From: Octopus vulgaris
Lineage: Eukaryota
Direction of reading: 5' to 3'
Length of the DNA: 64,000 bases
Assembly: GCA_951406725.2 (NCBI GenBank)
Contig: OX597820.1
Span: 25,420,001-25,484,000 of the forward strand
Part shown: positions 39,756 to 51,821 of the stretch, piece after piece
Layout of the letters: every line of letters starts with the position of its first letter
Numbering within the stretch: the stretch's first letter is position 1
The notes under the pieces: generated by a model
What the model was told of the DNA's origin: nothing
The model's input: the letters and a program-made list of their open reading frames with translations, nothing else
Database searches by the model: none
Program-made: the position numbers and the translations under genes

Positions 39756-39965
39756 AAGGCAGCAAGCTGACAGAACCGTTAGCATATCAGACAAACTGCT
39801 TAGTGACTTCTCCTCTGGTTCTTTATTTTCTCAGTTCAAATTCCGCCGAGGTCATCTTTGCCTTTCATCCTTTTAGAATCGATAAATAAGTACCAATCGA
39901 GTACTGCAGTCAATATAATCAACTAACCCCATCCTTTAAAATTGCTGGCTTTTGCCAAAATTTGA
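39756..39965 (+). mobile_element. SINE family B ending ~50 bp upstream of the exon
   Basis: aaggcagcaagctgacagaaccgttagc head and central domain. Confidence 0.75.
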
Positions 39966-40013
39966 ATCTGTTATCTTCAATTGATTTATCTTGTTTTCAT
40001 TATTATTTTACAG

Positions 40014-40420
40014 ATTATTGGTTCCTGTTCAAGCTTTGGTCGAACAAGAAGGTCCAAGTATATTTTCAATTCGGGACGAGAAAGGCCACACACCAGCTCA
40101 CTGGGCTTGCCTTGGAGGACATACCACCATTCTTCGCTTCATCATAGAATGCAAAGGGTTAATAAATGAGCCGAGTCAAAATGATCCTGGTGCACGACCA
40201 ATTCACTGGGCTTGTGTGAATGGGCACATTGCTGTTGTGGACATACTAGTGCAGGCAGGCGTCCCACTTGATGTGATGGACAATAAGGGCTGCACGCCCC
40301 TAACTGTTGCTGCACAGTATGGCCAGACTATGCTTGCTGCCTATTTGATGGGGAAAGGTGCACAGAAACAACTTGTTGACAAAGACGGCGATAATGCTTT
40401 GCATTGGGCAGCTTTCAAAG
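40014..40420 (+). CDS. internal coding exon, ~4 ankyrin repeats, likely Patsas/ZDHHC13-17-like DHHC palmitoyltransferase
   Basis: Acceptor ttttacag| at 40013 and donor |gtaagg at 40421 (phase 2 in, phase 1 out). Peptide GHTPAHWACLGGH..GARPIHWACVNGH..GCTPLTVAAQYGQ..GDNALHWAAFKG resembles the Drosophila Patsas ankyrin region from memory. No DHHC domain is in the window. Confidence 0.9.
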
Positions 40421-40643
40421 GTAAGGCAGTTTTAAAACTTCCTCATAAAAAGAAAAAAAACAGCTCTTTAAATGTTTGATCTTTATAAATCTTTCCAACC
40501 CACAGACATAGGGATATGATTAAGAAGCTTGCCTCCCAACCATGTCACCCACTGCACTGCATCTTGGGCAAGTGTCTTCCTCTATAGTCTCTGGCCTTGT
40601 GAGTGGATTTGATAGATGGAAATTGAAAGAAACCCATTGTATG

Positions 40644-40674
<31 letters not shown>

Positions 40675-41230
40675 CTCTTGTTTTGATGATTGTAAACAAG
40701 TGATGTTTGTTCTCAATCTTCCATGAAAAACACATCTTGACCTGGAGAAATAATACATTGCTTGGAAACAGGTGAGGTTTGGCAACTGGCAGGGTATCCA
40801 ACTGAAAATCTGCCTCAATGGTTTCCATCTGACCTGTGCAAGCATGAAAAAAGTGGATGTCAAATGATGATGATGATGATGATAGAAATACAAGCTAAGA
40901 ATGAATGGTCTGTTTAATAATTCTTGGGTTACCACATGTAGGTTTTATCTATGAGAAATTTTTGAACTATTTATTATGTGCTGCTACAACATAAACAAGC
41001 AGAGGCCACATAAAAAGCACCCAGTACACTCTGTAAAGTGGTTGGCTTTACAAAGGACAACCTGCCATAGAAACCTTGCTAGAACAGACAATTGGAGCCT
41101 GGTGCAACCCTCCAGCTTGCCAACTTTTGTCACACTGTCTAACCCATGCCAGCATGGAAAATAGACATTAAACAAGGATGGTGATGATGACAACAATGGA
41201 GAAGTGTATATATGTATGTGTGTGTGTGTG

Positions 41231-41530
41231 GAGGTTCAATGGCCCAGTGGTTAGGGTAGCAAACTCAGCGGTTTTAGGATTGCAGTTTCGATTTCCAGAT
41301 CAGGCATTGTGAGTGTTTATTGAGCGAAAACATCTAAAGCTCCACGAGGCTCCGGCAGGGGGTGGTGGCGATCCCTGCTGTACTCTTTTGCCACAATTTT
41401 CTCTCACTCTTTCTTCTGTTGGCTTGCTCACTTAGCCAGTGGGGTGGTGTCATCTGAAGGCTAAAACAATGTGAAGCGCATTGTGACCAGCGATGTGTAG
41501 TAACATCAGATAGCCTGGTCAGTCATGGTG
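41231..41530 (+). mobile_element. SINE family C, near full length
   Basis: gaggttcaatggcccagtggttagggtagc..aaagctccacgaggctccggcagggg. Confidence 0.75.
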
Positions 41531-42181
41531 ATATATATATATATATATACACACACATACACACAAACACATGGTGGACTTCTTTCAGTTTCCATCTACC
41601 AAATCTGCCAAAGGGTTTTCTGCAATAGCCCAGAGCTATAGCAGAACACCCTTGCCCAAAATGTAGCACAATGAGATTGAAACCAGAACCATGTGGTGAG
41701 GAAGCAAGCTTTTTACCACACAACCACTGCAAAGGTGAGAGAGGGATCAAATATATAAGGTGAGTGCAGGGAGGTGGATAGGTATATCATGGCTTGGTTA
41801 GGTGGGGCATATTATAAAACCAACATAATGTTTATTTACACAGCTCTCTCATCTACTGAACCGAGCCCACACCTCTCTTGACATACAATTGATGATAATG
41901 AATAAGTATTAAAGCTTTGTCACGCTGTATTGATGTGGTGGTGGTGGTGGTCGTGGTGGTGGTGGTACTCATAATGGTGTCAATGGTGTTCATGGTTGTG
42001 GCAGTGGTGGTGGTTTTGGTGGTACTCATAATGGTGTCAGTGGTGTTCATGGTTGTGGCAGTGGTGTTGGTGGGGTGGACATCCAGATAACTTCACTGGA
42101 TTGACACATAACTGATTGGACAAACATAGAATAAATAGCTAAATAAAAGCAAAATGAATACACACACATGCGTATATTACA

Positions 42182-42231
<50 letters not shown>

Positions 42232-42639
42232 AGAGAGAGAGAGATAGGCAGATAGATAGATAGATACATGTATATATATATGCACACACACACATATGCA
42301 TAGATACATACATAAATACACACACACATGAAATGCATGCATGCATATATACATACATACATACCTCTGTGTGTGTGTGCACAGAAAACAAAGAGTAATA
42401 TTGTTTTGGATTAAGAGGATAAAACTGCATAAGCAATAATGATTTTTTTACTGCATCCAGCCTCAAGACCTACTCAACACTTCCATGACTGTCAATTAAT
42501 GTCGGTTTTATATGTATGTATTCTTAGAGGGTGTGTCCTACACTTATGAATGCCTCTATGTGTAATAATTAGGTGGCTGTATATGTGAAATGAGTTAGGG
42601 AATGTATTTGCATATATAAAATTATATACACTTGTTTTA

Positions 42640-42808
42640 ATATATATATATATACGTGTGTATGTGTGTGTACATACATGTATATATGTATATGCATATT
42701 TAGATATAAACATTTACATATATACATACTTATATGTGTGTGTGTATGCATATATATATATGAAGATTTTTACATATATATATGTATAAATATATATATA
42801 TGTATGTG

Positions 42809-42840
<32 letters not shown>

Positions 42841-42912
42841 TATGCATATGTAGATACATACATATACACATATATACATACATGTATATATACATGCATA
42901 TGTAGATATATA

Positions 42913-42979
<67 letters not shown>

Positions 42980-43115
42980 CATATATATATATATATATAT
43001 ATATAAAACACATACACATATATATATATATGCATATATATATATTTATATACATATGCATATATATATATATGTATGCATATATGTATGTATGTGTGTG
43101 TGTATATATATATAA
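42640..43115. repeat. (TA)n/(TG)n/(CA)n compound microsatellite
   Basis: Direct inspection. Confidence 0.9.
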
Positions 43116-44363
43116 TGTCTGGAGAGAGTCATTCTCTTTTACTGCCTTATTACTTAACACACCCACTGGTTCAATTTCCATTCATTTACTTTTTTTTTTT
43201 ATATATATGTGCGTGTGTGTGTATATGCATATGTATATGTATATCTATATACGCAATTGCACCTTTTCCTATCATTCAATACTACCCCTCCCCAGTCAGT
43301 TGAGGATTCTTGTACTGCAAGTTACTTGGTGAAATCACTGCTGCTGGTGACCACATAAAATGCACCGAGTAAACTTTGTAAAGTGGTTGGCATTGGGAAG
43401 GGCATCCAGTTGTAGAAAGCATGCCAAGCAAGCTTCTTAGCACACAGCCACTCCTGCACCTATACCTGCACAAAAATGTTTTAGAAAATAGCAAATAGCA
43501 GAAATATCAATACAAAATATAGCAGCTAAATTTCCCTCAAATTACATCTTACCATCTTCAACTATGAAAAACGCATTGCACTATATAGTTGCTGATATAT
43601 ACAAAAATGACAAGATGATCACACGAATAAACTTCTAAACTGCAATTTGCTGAAAAGCAATGGAAGATCGCTGAAAGCATCAACAGCAAGAACAAAAACA
43701 ATAACAACAACAGGACAGTCTGGTAATATTTTTGTCCAATCCATTGTATAGTTTATTGCAACTAGAGCGTAATGTCAAGCAAACTGGGTGCAGCTAGCAA
43801 AAATAGATGGCTTTTGTTGTGCTGACTACAGGTTGTCTAATTGTAGCAAATCCAGAACTCAGCACATGGTTTTTTTTTCTATATGCCTCCCGGCTGTTAG
43901 ACAATGTAAGAAACTCTAGGCAAAGAAAAAAAAAGAAAAATGACAAAAATTTGGCTTCATTAGTCGACTAAAAGGGAGAAATAGGCAGGAAAATTGTTCA
44001 GATCAATAAGACGAGCTGTGCCATTTAATAATATAGCTTGGGAGAGAGAGAAAGAGAAATACAAAGGGAGAACCTGCTCACAACAGAATCGAATTGTCCA
44101 GGCTGGTTAGGGTGGAGAGCAGCTAGAAAATGAGTGAAAGAATCAAAGACAAACAAAAACATATATTGCTAAACAGAGATGAAAGCATCCAGTGTAGCTT
44201 GTAAATCCGTCTTTTCTTTGTCTTCTTTGTGTTTTTTGCTGTTGAAATTTCAGTGTGTCATTTTAAATGTGTGTGTGTGTTTATTTATATATATATACAC
44301 ACACAAATATATACAAATACATATACACACATAGATAAGCATACATATATATATAGATGATGA

Positions 44364-44418
<55 letters not shown>

Positions 44419-45227
44419 AATATATGTATATATATATATTTGCATACATATTTATATAAAGATTCATATATATATATATATATTCACACACACAGACATA
44501 TATATATATATACACACACACACATACACCTATACATATATACACACATATGTATAGATATTCATATTCTCTCTCACACACACATATATATATTATGTAT
44601 GTATGGATATGGATATATGTGTATGCATATGTGTGAGTGTATGTGTGTGTATGCATATACATGCATATATATATAAGTGTTTACAGACACATACACAAAT
44701 ACACTCACACACACACACACACACAATGTACACTGCTTATCTCTTTTATTATCTTCTCTTGCCTTCAACTACTTTTCTCAGTTGGTTTGCTTAGTTTTAC
44801 ATGCTTGGGCAGCTTCTGTTTTAGACCTTCTTCATTTCTTCATTACTCTGTTTAAAAAGATGCTGTGAAATACACGAGAAGCAGGGAGGGGCACAGAATA
44901 CATTCATTTGCTGCAGAGTTGATGTTTTTGCTTCATCTATGGATGTGCAGTTAGCCAAATTTCAATTAGACTGCATTCTAATTCTGCTCCACTTCTGCAT
45001 CATCTTAATCATTGCCATCACTGTCAGCAACACTACTGGGTGTTACCTGATGAGTATGGTTATTGCTTGTTGAAAATTGTTATTTTTGTTGTTATTATTA
45101 AGGCAGTGAATAGTAGAATCCTTAACATACTGGACAGAATGCTTAGCAGCAGTTCTCCCAGCTTTGTGTTCTGAGTTCAAATGCCACCGAAGTTGTCCTT
45201 GCATTTATGTTTTATCCTCATCCAGGT

Positions 45228-45600
45228 CACACTGTAAAGTGGTTGGTGTTAGGAAGGACATCCAGCTGTAAAAGCCTTGCTAAAACTGACCTTGCCTGTG
45301 TTTGTGCCACATAAAAAGCACAAAGTCCGCTCTGTTGGATGGTTGGTGTTAGGAAGGGCATCTAGCTGTAAATACCTTGCCAAAACTGACCTTGCCTGTG
45401 CTTGTGCCACATAAAAAGTACTGAGTCCACTATGTTGGGTGGTTGGTGTTAGGAAAAGCATCCAGCTGTAAAAATCCTGCCAAAACAGTCACAGAAGTCT
45501 GGTGCAGGCTTCTGCCTGGATGGCTCCTGTCAAATCATCCCACTCATACCAGCGTGGAAGGCAGATGTTAAACGATGATGGTCGTGATGATGATGATGAT
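45228..45600 (+). mobile_element. RTE-type 3'UTR variant with 100-bp tandem periodicity
   Basis: ggttggtgttaggaa recurs at 45241, 45341 and 45441; (gat)n tail. Confidence 0.75.
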
Positions 45601-46361
45601 CAATGAAACAAGTACCTATTGAGCACTGGGGTCAGTGTAATCAACTAGCCCCTGCCCTCCTAATGTCAGGCTTTGTGCCTATAGTAGAAAGGATTACAAT
45701 CATCAGCAGCATTAGCATACTTATTATCATTAGCCCTAGGTCAACCCTGATCAAGTTAGTCAACATTACTCTGGAGCATAGGGCTGCAATTATTTCAAGT
45801 CACTGGACATGATCTTGGGCTGCCTCCTTGATTTCAGACGAAGGGAGACTGATTGCTTTCTCTTCATTCTCCATGCATCTTGTAATCAAATCTAGGATCT
45901 TTGTGGTTATCGTCATTGCATGTTGAAATCTTTGAAAAATATTTTAAGGCATCATATAGAAGTAATTTTTGATGCTAAATCCAAATTTGTTAATCTATTT
46001 ATTCCAGAAAGATTTTGTGAAAATGTTACGGGTGTTCAAAGTTTGATAGTTTTCAGAATTTTCAACAAATCAGAAAACAGTTTGTTCACTGCCTCTTCTA
46101 TCATCTGTAACAGTAGCGAGAAAGCAGGGTTACCAGGATGTCAAAACATTAAACTAGCTACAGTAAACAGTGAAAAACATTAAAAGATCCGTGAGCAAAT
46201 TAAATATTTAAAAGCTAAGAGTAAACCAACAAGAGTTGCTAGAAATAACAATCAAAACATTGCTTAAAACAGACATTTATTAGTTTAAAAAATTCAAGAA
46301 CGAAAGTTTGCAAGACACTCTAAGATTTTATAAAATAAATTATCTTTCACATCTTTCTCAT

Positions 46362-46728
46362 AGGCACAGGAGTGGCTGTGTGGTAAGTAGCTTGCTTACC
46401 AACCACATGGTTCCGGGTTCAGTCCCACTGCATGGCACCTTGGGCAGTGGATTTGGTAGATGGAAACTGAAAGAAGCCTGTCATATATATATATATACAT
46501 TATATATGTATGTGTGTGTATATGTGTGTCTGTGTTTGTCCCCCAACATTGCTTGACAACCAATGCTGGTATGTTTATGTCCCCATGGCTCAGCAGTTTG
46601 GCAAAAGAGGCTGATAGAATAAGTACTAGGCTTACAAAGAATACGTCCTGGGGTCGATTTGCTCAACTAAAGGCAATGCTCCATCATGGCCACAGTCAAA
46701 TGACTGGAACAAGTAAAAAAATAAAAGA
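46362..46728 (+). mobile_element. SINE family A (internal deletion in core)
   Basis: Head and tail present. Confidence 0.85.
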
Positions 46729-46730
46729 AC

Positions 46731-47110
46731 ATCTGCTTTTCCACATAAATTCACAAAGATAAGAAACTTTGTGTCCCACACCAGCGTTTGTTTCCACGCT
46801 TTAAGGATGCCCAGGTACTCTCAGTTTATTGAGTGTGAGTCCCATTTTTTGAGTCAATGCTATGGTTCACAGTTTTGTTTGAAACCATAGCCCATGATTT
46901 TTGGGATATGATAAGCTCGCCACAGGCCACTGAAGAGAGTGGTTCCTGGAAGAACTGAGTGTCAGATGCAGTCCTTGTTTACACTCCTTGTGTTCATGCG
47001 CAGCATCTTTGATTACTATGGAAACAGAGTTCTTCGCAATCAGCTATGGAACACATGGCATATAGTCTGTCTTGATTCACCATCCTTCCTTTAGCAGAAA
47101 TTTAACAATT
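46731..47110 (-). pseudogene. Merlin/IS1595-superfamily (ISXO2-like) transposase relic
   Basis: Minus strand reads SVLPGTTLFSGLWRAY..KTVNHSIDSKNGTHTQ*TESTWASLKR..SYLCEFMW, with the motifs in Merlin order; stops and frameshifts present. The part above ~46970 is less certain. Confidence 0.8.
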
Positions 47111-47206
47111 TAAGTATTTCCAATTAAAATACAGAGAATTAATAGTTATCACCATGCTAACATGGCAGTCCAGGAAAATAGGACGAATGCTGCCGTTGAT
47201 TATTAA

Positions 47207-48279
47207 CCCTTTCGTTACTATATTTCTGACCAAATTACACCCCTTATGTGTTTCAATTAATTTCTAACGTAATCATAAATTTAGTCTGGTTTCATTAAAC
47301 AACTATAACTTTTTTATTTATCGATATATTAATCTGATTTTTGGAAGATAATTTAATGAAATATTCTCAACCAATTCTATACTATAATTTTTGTCACAAA
47401 GTGACTCTAATTGCAGGTAGATACAGGTAAATTCCACAAAATATAAAATTATTAAAATTTTGTTCAAACATCGCTATAGAAAATGGGTTATTAGCTAATA
47501 TTCAATTGGGTATACAACAAAATTTTACGATAGAATTTGTTATTCTGGGTAACTTTCTGATACCCATAATAATATTTATGGCAAAATAGTCTTAATTTCA
47601 TTTTAGGTTGTGGGAAACCACAAACTATCCTTTCGTTCGCTTTGTTTATGTTTAGCGTAACGGTTCGTTTCTGCCGTAATGATTTCAAATAGGCTCATTC
47701 GAAAAAGTAAAAAGAAATAGTCTAAGGCTTTACCCTTCTGGGAAAGTCTGTGGCTTGGTCCAGTTTCTTCAGAAAAATCACCGAAAGAAACAGTTTTTAA
47801 ATTTTCACTCCATTCAGGTGCCAATTCGTTTTCTTTATCGCTATTGGAGATCTCAGATTCACTGTTTTCACTTTCGGAAAATGAAACAGATTCATTATCA
47901 AATACCACATGCTTTTTTTTTTCAGTCATAGAGTTAGATTTATGAAGGTCTTCAGTAGAAAATCCTTTGAATTCTGACTCGCTGCTTGATATAATGAAAT
48001 TCGTATCCATTATTTGTCAGAATTACAAATTTTGGAAACACGATAGGAACAAATTTCGGAAAAAAATCTCCCAAAATTCACGGAATTAAAATTACACTTC
48101 GATTATTGTACAAAACTGTAGTTGAACTGTTTACGAAGTATAATACGTGTTTTCACGAATGTACTGAAGAGATTTGCTCTGATATTCTCATTTAAATATG
48201 AATAGGTAAATTCGGGCGGCTTTGGGCGGTTTGGTCTCATAAACCAAAATTTTTTTGGGGCGGTTTGGTAATGAAAGGG
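47207..48279 (-). mobile_element. internally deleted piggyBac transposon
   Basis: TTAA (47203-47206) CCCTTTCGTTAC ... GTAATGAAAGGG TTAA (48280-48283); subterminal GGGCGGTTTGG repeats. Confidence 0.9.
47603..48010 (-). CDS. truncated piggyBac transposase N-terminus (135 aa)
   Basis: Acidic Ser-rich start, then DYFFLLF..IITAETNRYA..WFPTT (start of a DDE_Tnp_1_7-type domain); the catalytic region is absent. Confidence 0.8.
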   Translation of the reverse strand: MDTNFIISSSESEFKGFSTEDLHKSNSMTEKKKHVVFDNESVSFSESENSESEISNSDKENELAPEWSENLKTVSFGDFSEETGPSHRLSQKGKALDYFFLLFRMSLFEIITAETNRYAKHKQSERKDSLWFPTT

Positions 48280-49363
48280 TTAATATCCAGTACTGCTGCC
48301 GTAGTCTCCTTTAGAGAGACTTAAAAATATTAATATTTCTAATTTTGAAAACCAGTGGATGTATTCCACTGAATTTAGGTAAATAATCCTTCGAACAGAC
48401 GGTCAGCAGCAATGCCTGCTGTGTTCGGCTGCTCTATATTGATAAGGGGCAAATACCCCAAAACTAGTCTGTAGATGCCAGATCAGCAAGGGGAAGTGGC
48501 TGACCTCCCCTGTTTGAAGGTTATAATGGACACAGGTTCGTGTGTCACATAGCTAGCTAGAGGTGATGGCCTCTTGGAGCTAATCAACGGCAGCATTCGT
48601 CCCGTTTTCCTGGACTGCCATGTTAGCTTGGCAATAACTATTAATATCCAGTATTTCTATTATAGAGAGAAATGTTTTAGTCTTACAGGGTAAAAAACGA
48701 TAATGTGTATTTCCCTTTATTAAGCTGGCAGGGTGTGATTATATAAGGTGTTTTAGCTGCTATTTCTGTAGGAAGTAGCAGCCAAATCTCCTTCAGAGTT
48801 CTCATATAGAATCTTCCATCTTTATTCATAGTAGGGAGTCTGTTCAGGATGAATAACTTTCTCAGTTCTCACAAGGCAAGGGGTTTGCTACTCATCCATT
48901 TTCTTCTTGTTTCATAAATGTAACATGATTTTCCTTAATTGTTTTTTTCTTTTCAGTTTTTGTCTATTACAAACTCCCTCTAAGTATTTCCTGTCCCACA
49001 GGAAAAGAATCTCTGAAAAGAGACATCTGTTCTCCTGTAGCAATATCATTTATATGTACAATGAATAACTAGACAAACAGATTTGTGGATAAATAAATGA
49101 ATAGATCAAGAGATTGTGTTTGTGATTTACAAACACACACAGCTGGAAACTTGGGTTAGATTTGTTAATGGCAGTCCAATGGTGAAAGCACTGGCACCTG
49201 GAATTTAAGCTGTTAATAATTAAAGAGAGAATAAATAGGTCTTAATAGATACAAGTAATTCTCTGATTTGATGCTTTAGAGGGGTTTTTTTTGTTTTTTG
49301 TTGGATTTTTTTCCCTTTTCTTTACTTATTGGATGGAAGTAGGAAAATGCACAAAGAACCACT

Positions 49364-49536
49364 TACTCTTTTACTTGTTTCAGTCATTTGACTGTGGCCA
49401 TGCTGGAGCAAATCAACCCCAGAACTTATTCTTTATAAGCCTAGTGCTTTTTCTAGCAGTCTCTTTTGCCGAACCGGTAAGTTACGGGGACGTAAATACA
49501 CCAGCATCGGTTGTCAAGCGATGTTGGGGGGGACAA

Positions 49537-49625
<89 letters not shown>

Positions 49626-49782
49626 CATATATATACGGCAGGCTTCTTTCAGTTTCCGTCTACCAAATCCACTCACAAGGCTTTGGTCGGCCCGAGGCTA
49701 TAGTAGAGGACACTTGCCCAAGGTGCCATGCAGTGGGACTGAACCCGGAACCATGTGGTACCACACAGCCACTCCTACGCCT
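49364..49782 (-). mobile_element. SINE family A
   Basis: Reverse-complement head, core and tail. Confidence 0.85.
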
Positions 49783-50270
49783 ACACCTACTTAGATGAAA
49801 GTTTGTGAATATCTTTTCATTTTTTATTTGTTTCAGTCATTGCTGGGGCACTGTCTTGCCTTAGAAAATAACCCCAATACTTATTTTTTTGAGTCAAGCC
49901 TGATACTCATTCTATTGGTCTCTTTTGCTAAACCACTAAGTTATGGGAACATAAACAAACCAACACTGGTTGTCAAGCAGGGCAAAATGTATAAAGTGAT
50001 GTCAAAAGCCAAAAAGCAAAAACAAGATATTGTATTACCTTGCATAGGTATTTTAATGGTTCTTTCATATTTCAGGCAAGATTTCCCTTATCAAATAAAT
50101 ATAGAAATAAAATAATCCAAGAGTTATGATAAAAAGTGTTTATGATCAGCAGGCCATTCTGGTATGTTGTTTCATGTTTTTTTTTTAATTATTATTACTC
50201 CTGGTAACAGACATCTGAATTATTGGTCAAAGTTGATAACATGGATAGTGTTGATAACATGATTAACATA

Positions 50271-50968
50271 GGCGTATGAGTGGCTGTGTGGTAAGTAGCT
50301 TGCTTACCAACCACATGGTTCCAGGTTCAGTCCCACTGCGTGGCAAGTGTCTTCTACTTTAGCCTCAGGCCAACCAAAGCCTTGTGAGTGGATTTGGTAG
50401 ACGGAAACTGAAAGAAGCCCGTCGTATATATGTATATGGCACATAAAAAGCACCATCCAATCGTGGCCATTGCCAGCCTCGCCTGGCCCCCGTGCCGGTG
50501 GCACATAAAAAGCACCATCCAACCGTGGCCGTTTGCCAGCCCCGTCTGGCACCTGTGCCAGTGGCACGTAAAAAGCACCCACTACACTCACAGAGTGGTT
50601 GGTATTAGGAAGGGCATCCAGCCATAGAAACATTGCCAGATCAGACTGGGCCTGGTGCAGCCTTCTGGCCTCCCAGACCCCAGTTGAACCGTCCAACCCA
50701 TGCTAGCATGGAAAGCGGACACTAAATGATGATGATGATGATGATGTATGTGTGTGTATATGTTTGTGTGTCTGTGTTTGTCCCCTCCAACATCGTTTGA
50801 CAACCGATCCTGGTTTGTTTACATCCCTGTAACTTAGTGGTTTGACAAAAGAGACCAATAGAATAAGTACTAGGCTTACAAAAAATAAGTCCTGGGTTTG
50901 ATTTGCTCCACTAAAGGTGGTGCTCCAGCATGGCCACAGTCAAATGACTGAAACAAGTAAAAGAGTGT
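50271..50968 (+). mobile_element. SINE family A with nested RTE 3'UTR (50437-50745)
   Basis: SINE head 50271-50424, RTE tail within the internal microsatellite, SINE tail resumes at ~50760. Confidence 0.85.
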
Positions 50969-51540
50969 GTACAAACATTACATATGATTCAATTTAGATT
51001 ATGACATCCCAGCATAAGCTAACAATTTCTCTTCCGCTAAGACAATTCAAGGCATACTTTATGGGTTTGAATATGATCTGATATGGTGGTGTCCCCTTGT
51101 CAAACTGAATCTTCAACCCAACCCAATTTTGTTATGTTGAGGATATTTCACTTCATTTTATACCACTGATACTCTCAAAAAAAAAAGAAAAAGTATAAAT
51201 GTCACAGTGTCCTATTTTCCCAGACTACATAACTGTTGGTCTTGATCTTGGAGACAGATGGGTGCTGCCAAGCTTATTCATTTGGTATTGTCAGGTTGAC
51301 ATTGTTGTTTGAGGTTTTGATATCCAAAACATGCTGTAATATAATTGTTCTATGAACCAATGCAAAAAACTTTACACAGTTGCTTGACCACTTACAAATT
51401 GCTGCCAGATCTCCTCAAATCAGACTCTATAGTCTTGAAAAAGGAAAGACACATTGGACAACATAGTACTAGATGTAAAAAATGAATAGACATTGCACCT
51501 TGGGCAAGTGTCTTCAACTGTAGCCCCAGTCCACCAAAGC

Positions 51541-51821
51541 CTTCTCAACAATTTTTTTTGTCTATGGACAGCTTCCTTTTATTCTGGTGGACCCCCATAG
51601 CCATTCGATGTTTAAAAACTAGTTTCATAGAATTTTTTTTTTAATTCCTATTTTGTTTTTCACACATTAATTTGTAAAATGTTAGAAAAAGAAACCTGTT
51701 TCTTGTAATACATACCAATACATACATCTAAAGCAAATTTTTTTCAGGTGCCCTTAAAATCCTATTGTTGATCCCCAAATTAGTCTTTTGTTGCCATATA
51801 GATCTTGGTTGAGAACCGCTG
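51541..51821. mobile_element. hAT-like MITE, left end clipped
   Basis: Right terminus GGTTGAGAACCGCTG; left remnant TTCTCAAC. Confidence 0.45.

Larger units (their letters stand above)
47138..48645. mobile_element. element with ~65-bp terminal inverted repeats and a decayed hammerhead (48433-48475 +), interrupted by piggyBac
   Basis: 47138-47202 mirrors 48581-48645. Motif UCUAUA-uUGAUaA-GGGG-CAAAUA-CCCC-aAAAC-UA-GUC-UGUAGA. Confidence 0.7.

Noticed and set aside
45241-45470. Regularly spaced repeats suggesting a CRISPR array
   Set aside because: Whole units are duplicated with no unique spacers; they are part of a eukaryotic LINE 3'UTR.
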